Source: Lytechinus pictus (lineage: Eukaryota). From it: DNA of 64,000 nucleotides. A model generated the notes under the pieces. It was given only the letters and a program-made list of their open reading frames with translations. It did not search any database and was not told the origin of the DNA. The stretch covers positions 3,536,001 through 3,600,000 of the forward strand of contig NC_087245.1 of NCBI RefSeq assembly GCF_037042905.1. Direction: 5' to 3'. This document shows, in pieces, positions 62,741-64,000 of the stretch. The position numbers and the translations under genes are program-made. Each line of letters begins with the position of its first letter. Positions within the stretch are counted from its first letter, which is position 1.

Positions 62741-64000
62741 ACATACTCTAAAGCTGAAATTAGAATACCTGATTTTCTCTGATCGGGCATCTGGGTTGCC
62801 TGTTTTCTGACCTAGCAAATATTGAATTGCGTATCTTGTCTGTTACCTGCGTCCCACACCAGTTTGCATGCTCATAACCTCTGAGAATTTATTCTGAAAG
62901 GGTCTGGGTCAGATGGCTATGAATGTGGAATATAGTTATTGAAAATCTTGATTCCTTAACAAGGTTTCATAAGGTAAATTTTTGTTTGAGTAGAGTGCTT
63001 AGAGTTAGATGGAGTGAGGGCTATAGAGAGTGAGAGAGAAAAGGGGGGTATTTGTGGTGCAATGTGGCTTTATTTCAATCAGTGGAATAATTATATCTGG
63101 ATCTTTGTGTTATCATGTCTGATATGATGTCAAAATATTTTAACATTTCTAATCCATTGATATACATTTGAAAAACATGTTTCTCATTCCTTTTACCCAC
63201 CATTCAATCACGGTTCTATAATGCTTCTCTTTGATTCGATAATCAATGTGTTCTTAAAAAAAGTTTATGATTTAGCAAGTTCACTACCCTGTTCCTTTAA
63301 TGTCCTTTAACATTTATGTTTGCATGGCATTTTATACTGCCCAGCCTGGTTTGCTAAATTTGTTTCATTGAAATGAAAATACAGAAGAGGTGACCTACAC
63401 CCATCCTGATTCTTATTTGATCCTTGCATCTATCTACATGATGATATTATTTTGTTTGTCACTGTCAGTCCCAAGTATTCTTCAGACTTTTCATTTGATT
63501 ATTTATGAAGTTATGCACCTGTGTCATGTTTGTCTGTAGTAGAGTTCAGATGGAATCTTACTTCTTAAATTAGGAGTTGGTTTGAAGTTTATATTTAATT
63601 AATATATTTGGTTATGCGAGGTAAAACCCTAATTTGTAAATTCCATGATATAAAGTTTAACTCCTGACAGCAACATATGCAATATTTTTTAACAATTTTG
63701 TTGATGTTTTAAGTCTACATGTATCTTCCACTATAGACCTATTAATCCTAGGTCCATGCTTCTACAAAGTGACTTTGCGCTATGTAAGGCCACCACCGTA
63801 ACAAGGTCGAGTTTACCCCTGTCCCTAGTTGATGAGAGGGGACAAGTCAATTAAAATTCAGAATATGATATAGAAATCTGAACATTATTTGAACCATATT
63901 TTGATCTTGGGAATTAAAATTGAAAAATTGAAATTGAAGATATAAGGTTCCATGACATTTGCTCCAGCGACAATGGCTCCGTTCTTAATTCCACACACTA

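Overview
AT-rich, intron-rich animal genomic DNA; the repeat families suggest a sea urchin (inference). The window holds a complete 8-coding-exon + strand gene for a 287-aa TMEM163-like cation-diffusion-facilitator (zinc transporter) protein (CDS 10116-22449). It also holds the first two coding exons (33110-34171) of a second + strand gene encoding a signal peptide, followed by >29 kb with no recognisable exon, and a possible last exon of an upstream gene near 1 kb. The rest is dense with non-autonomous DNA transposons: TTAA-flanked Kolobok types, Harbinger-type MITEs, a Tc1/mariner foldback, hAT elements and HINE-like elements. Three observations stand out. (1) At least six 13-30 bp CAT(A/G)G...C(C/T)ATG mini-palindromes sit between 7-bp direct repeats and look like P-element-family excision footprints. 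(2) TACATGTA and TAGGCCTA octamers are strongly over-represented, with internal evidence that TACATGTA arises by insertion at TA. (3) An internally deleted Kolobok fuses the 5' ends of its convergent THAP-transposase and KolX/P2X7-ballast-like genes. Nearly all ORFs in the supplied six-frame track are spurious.
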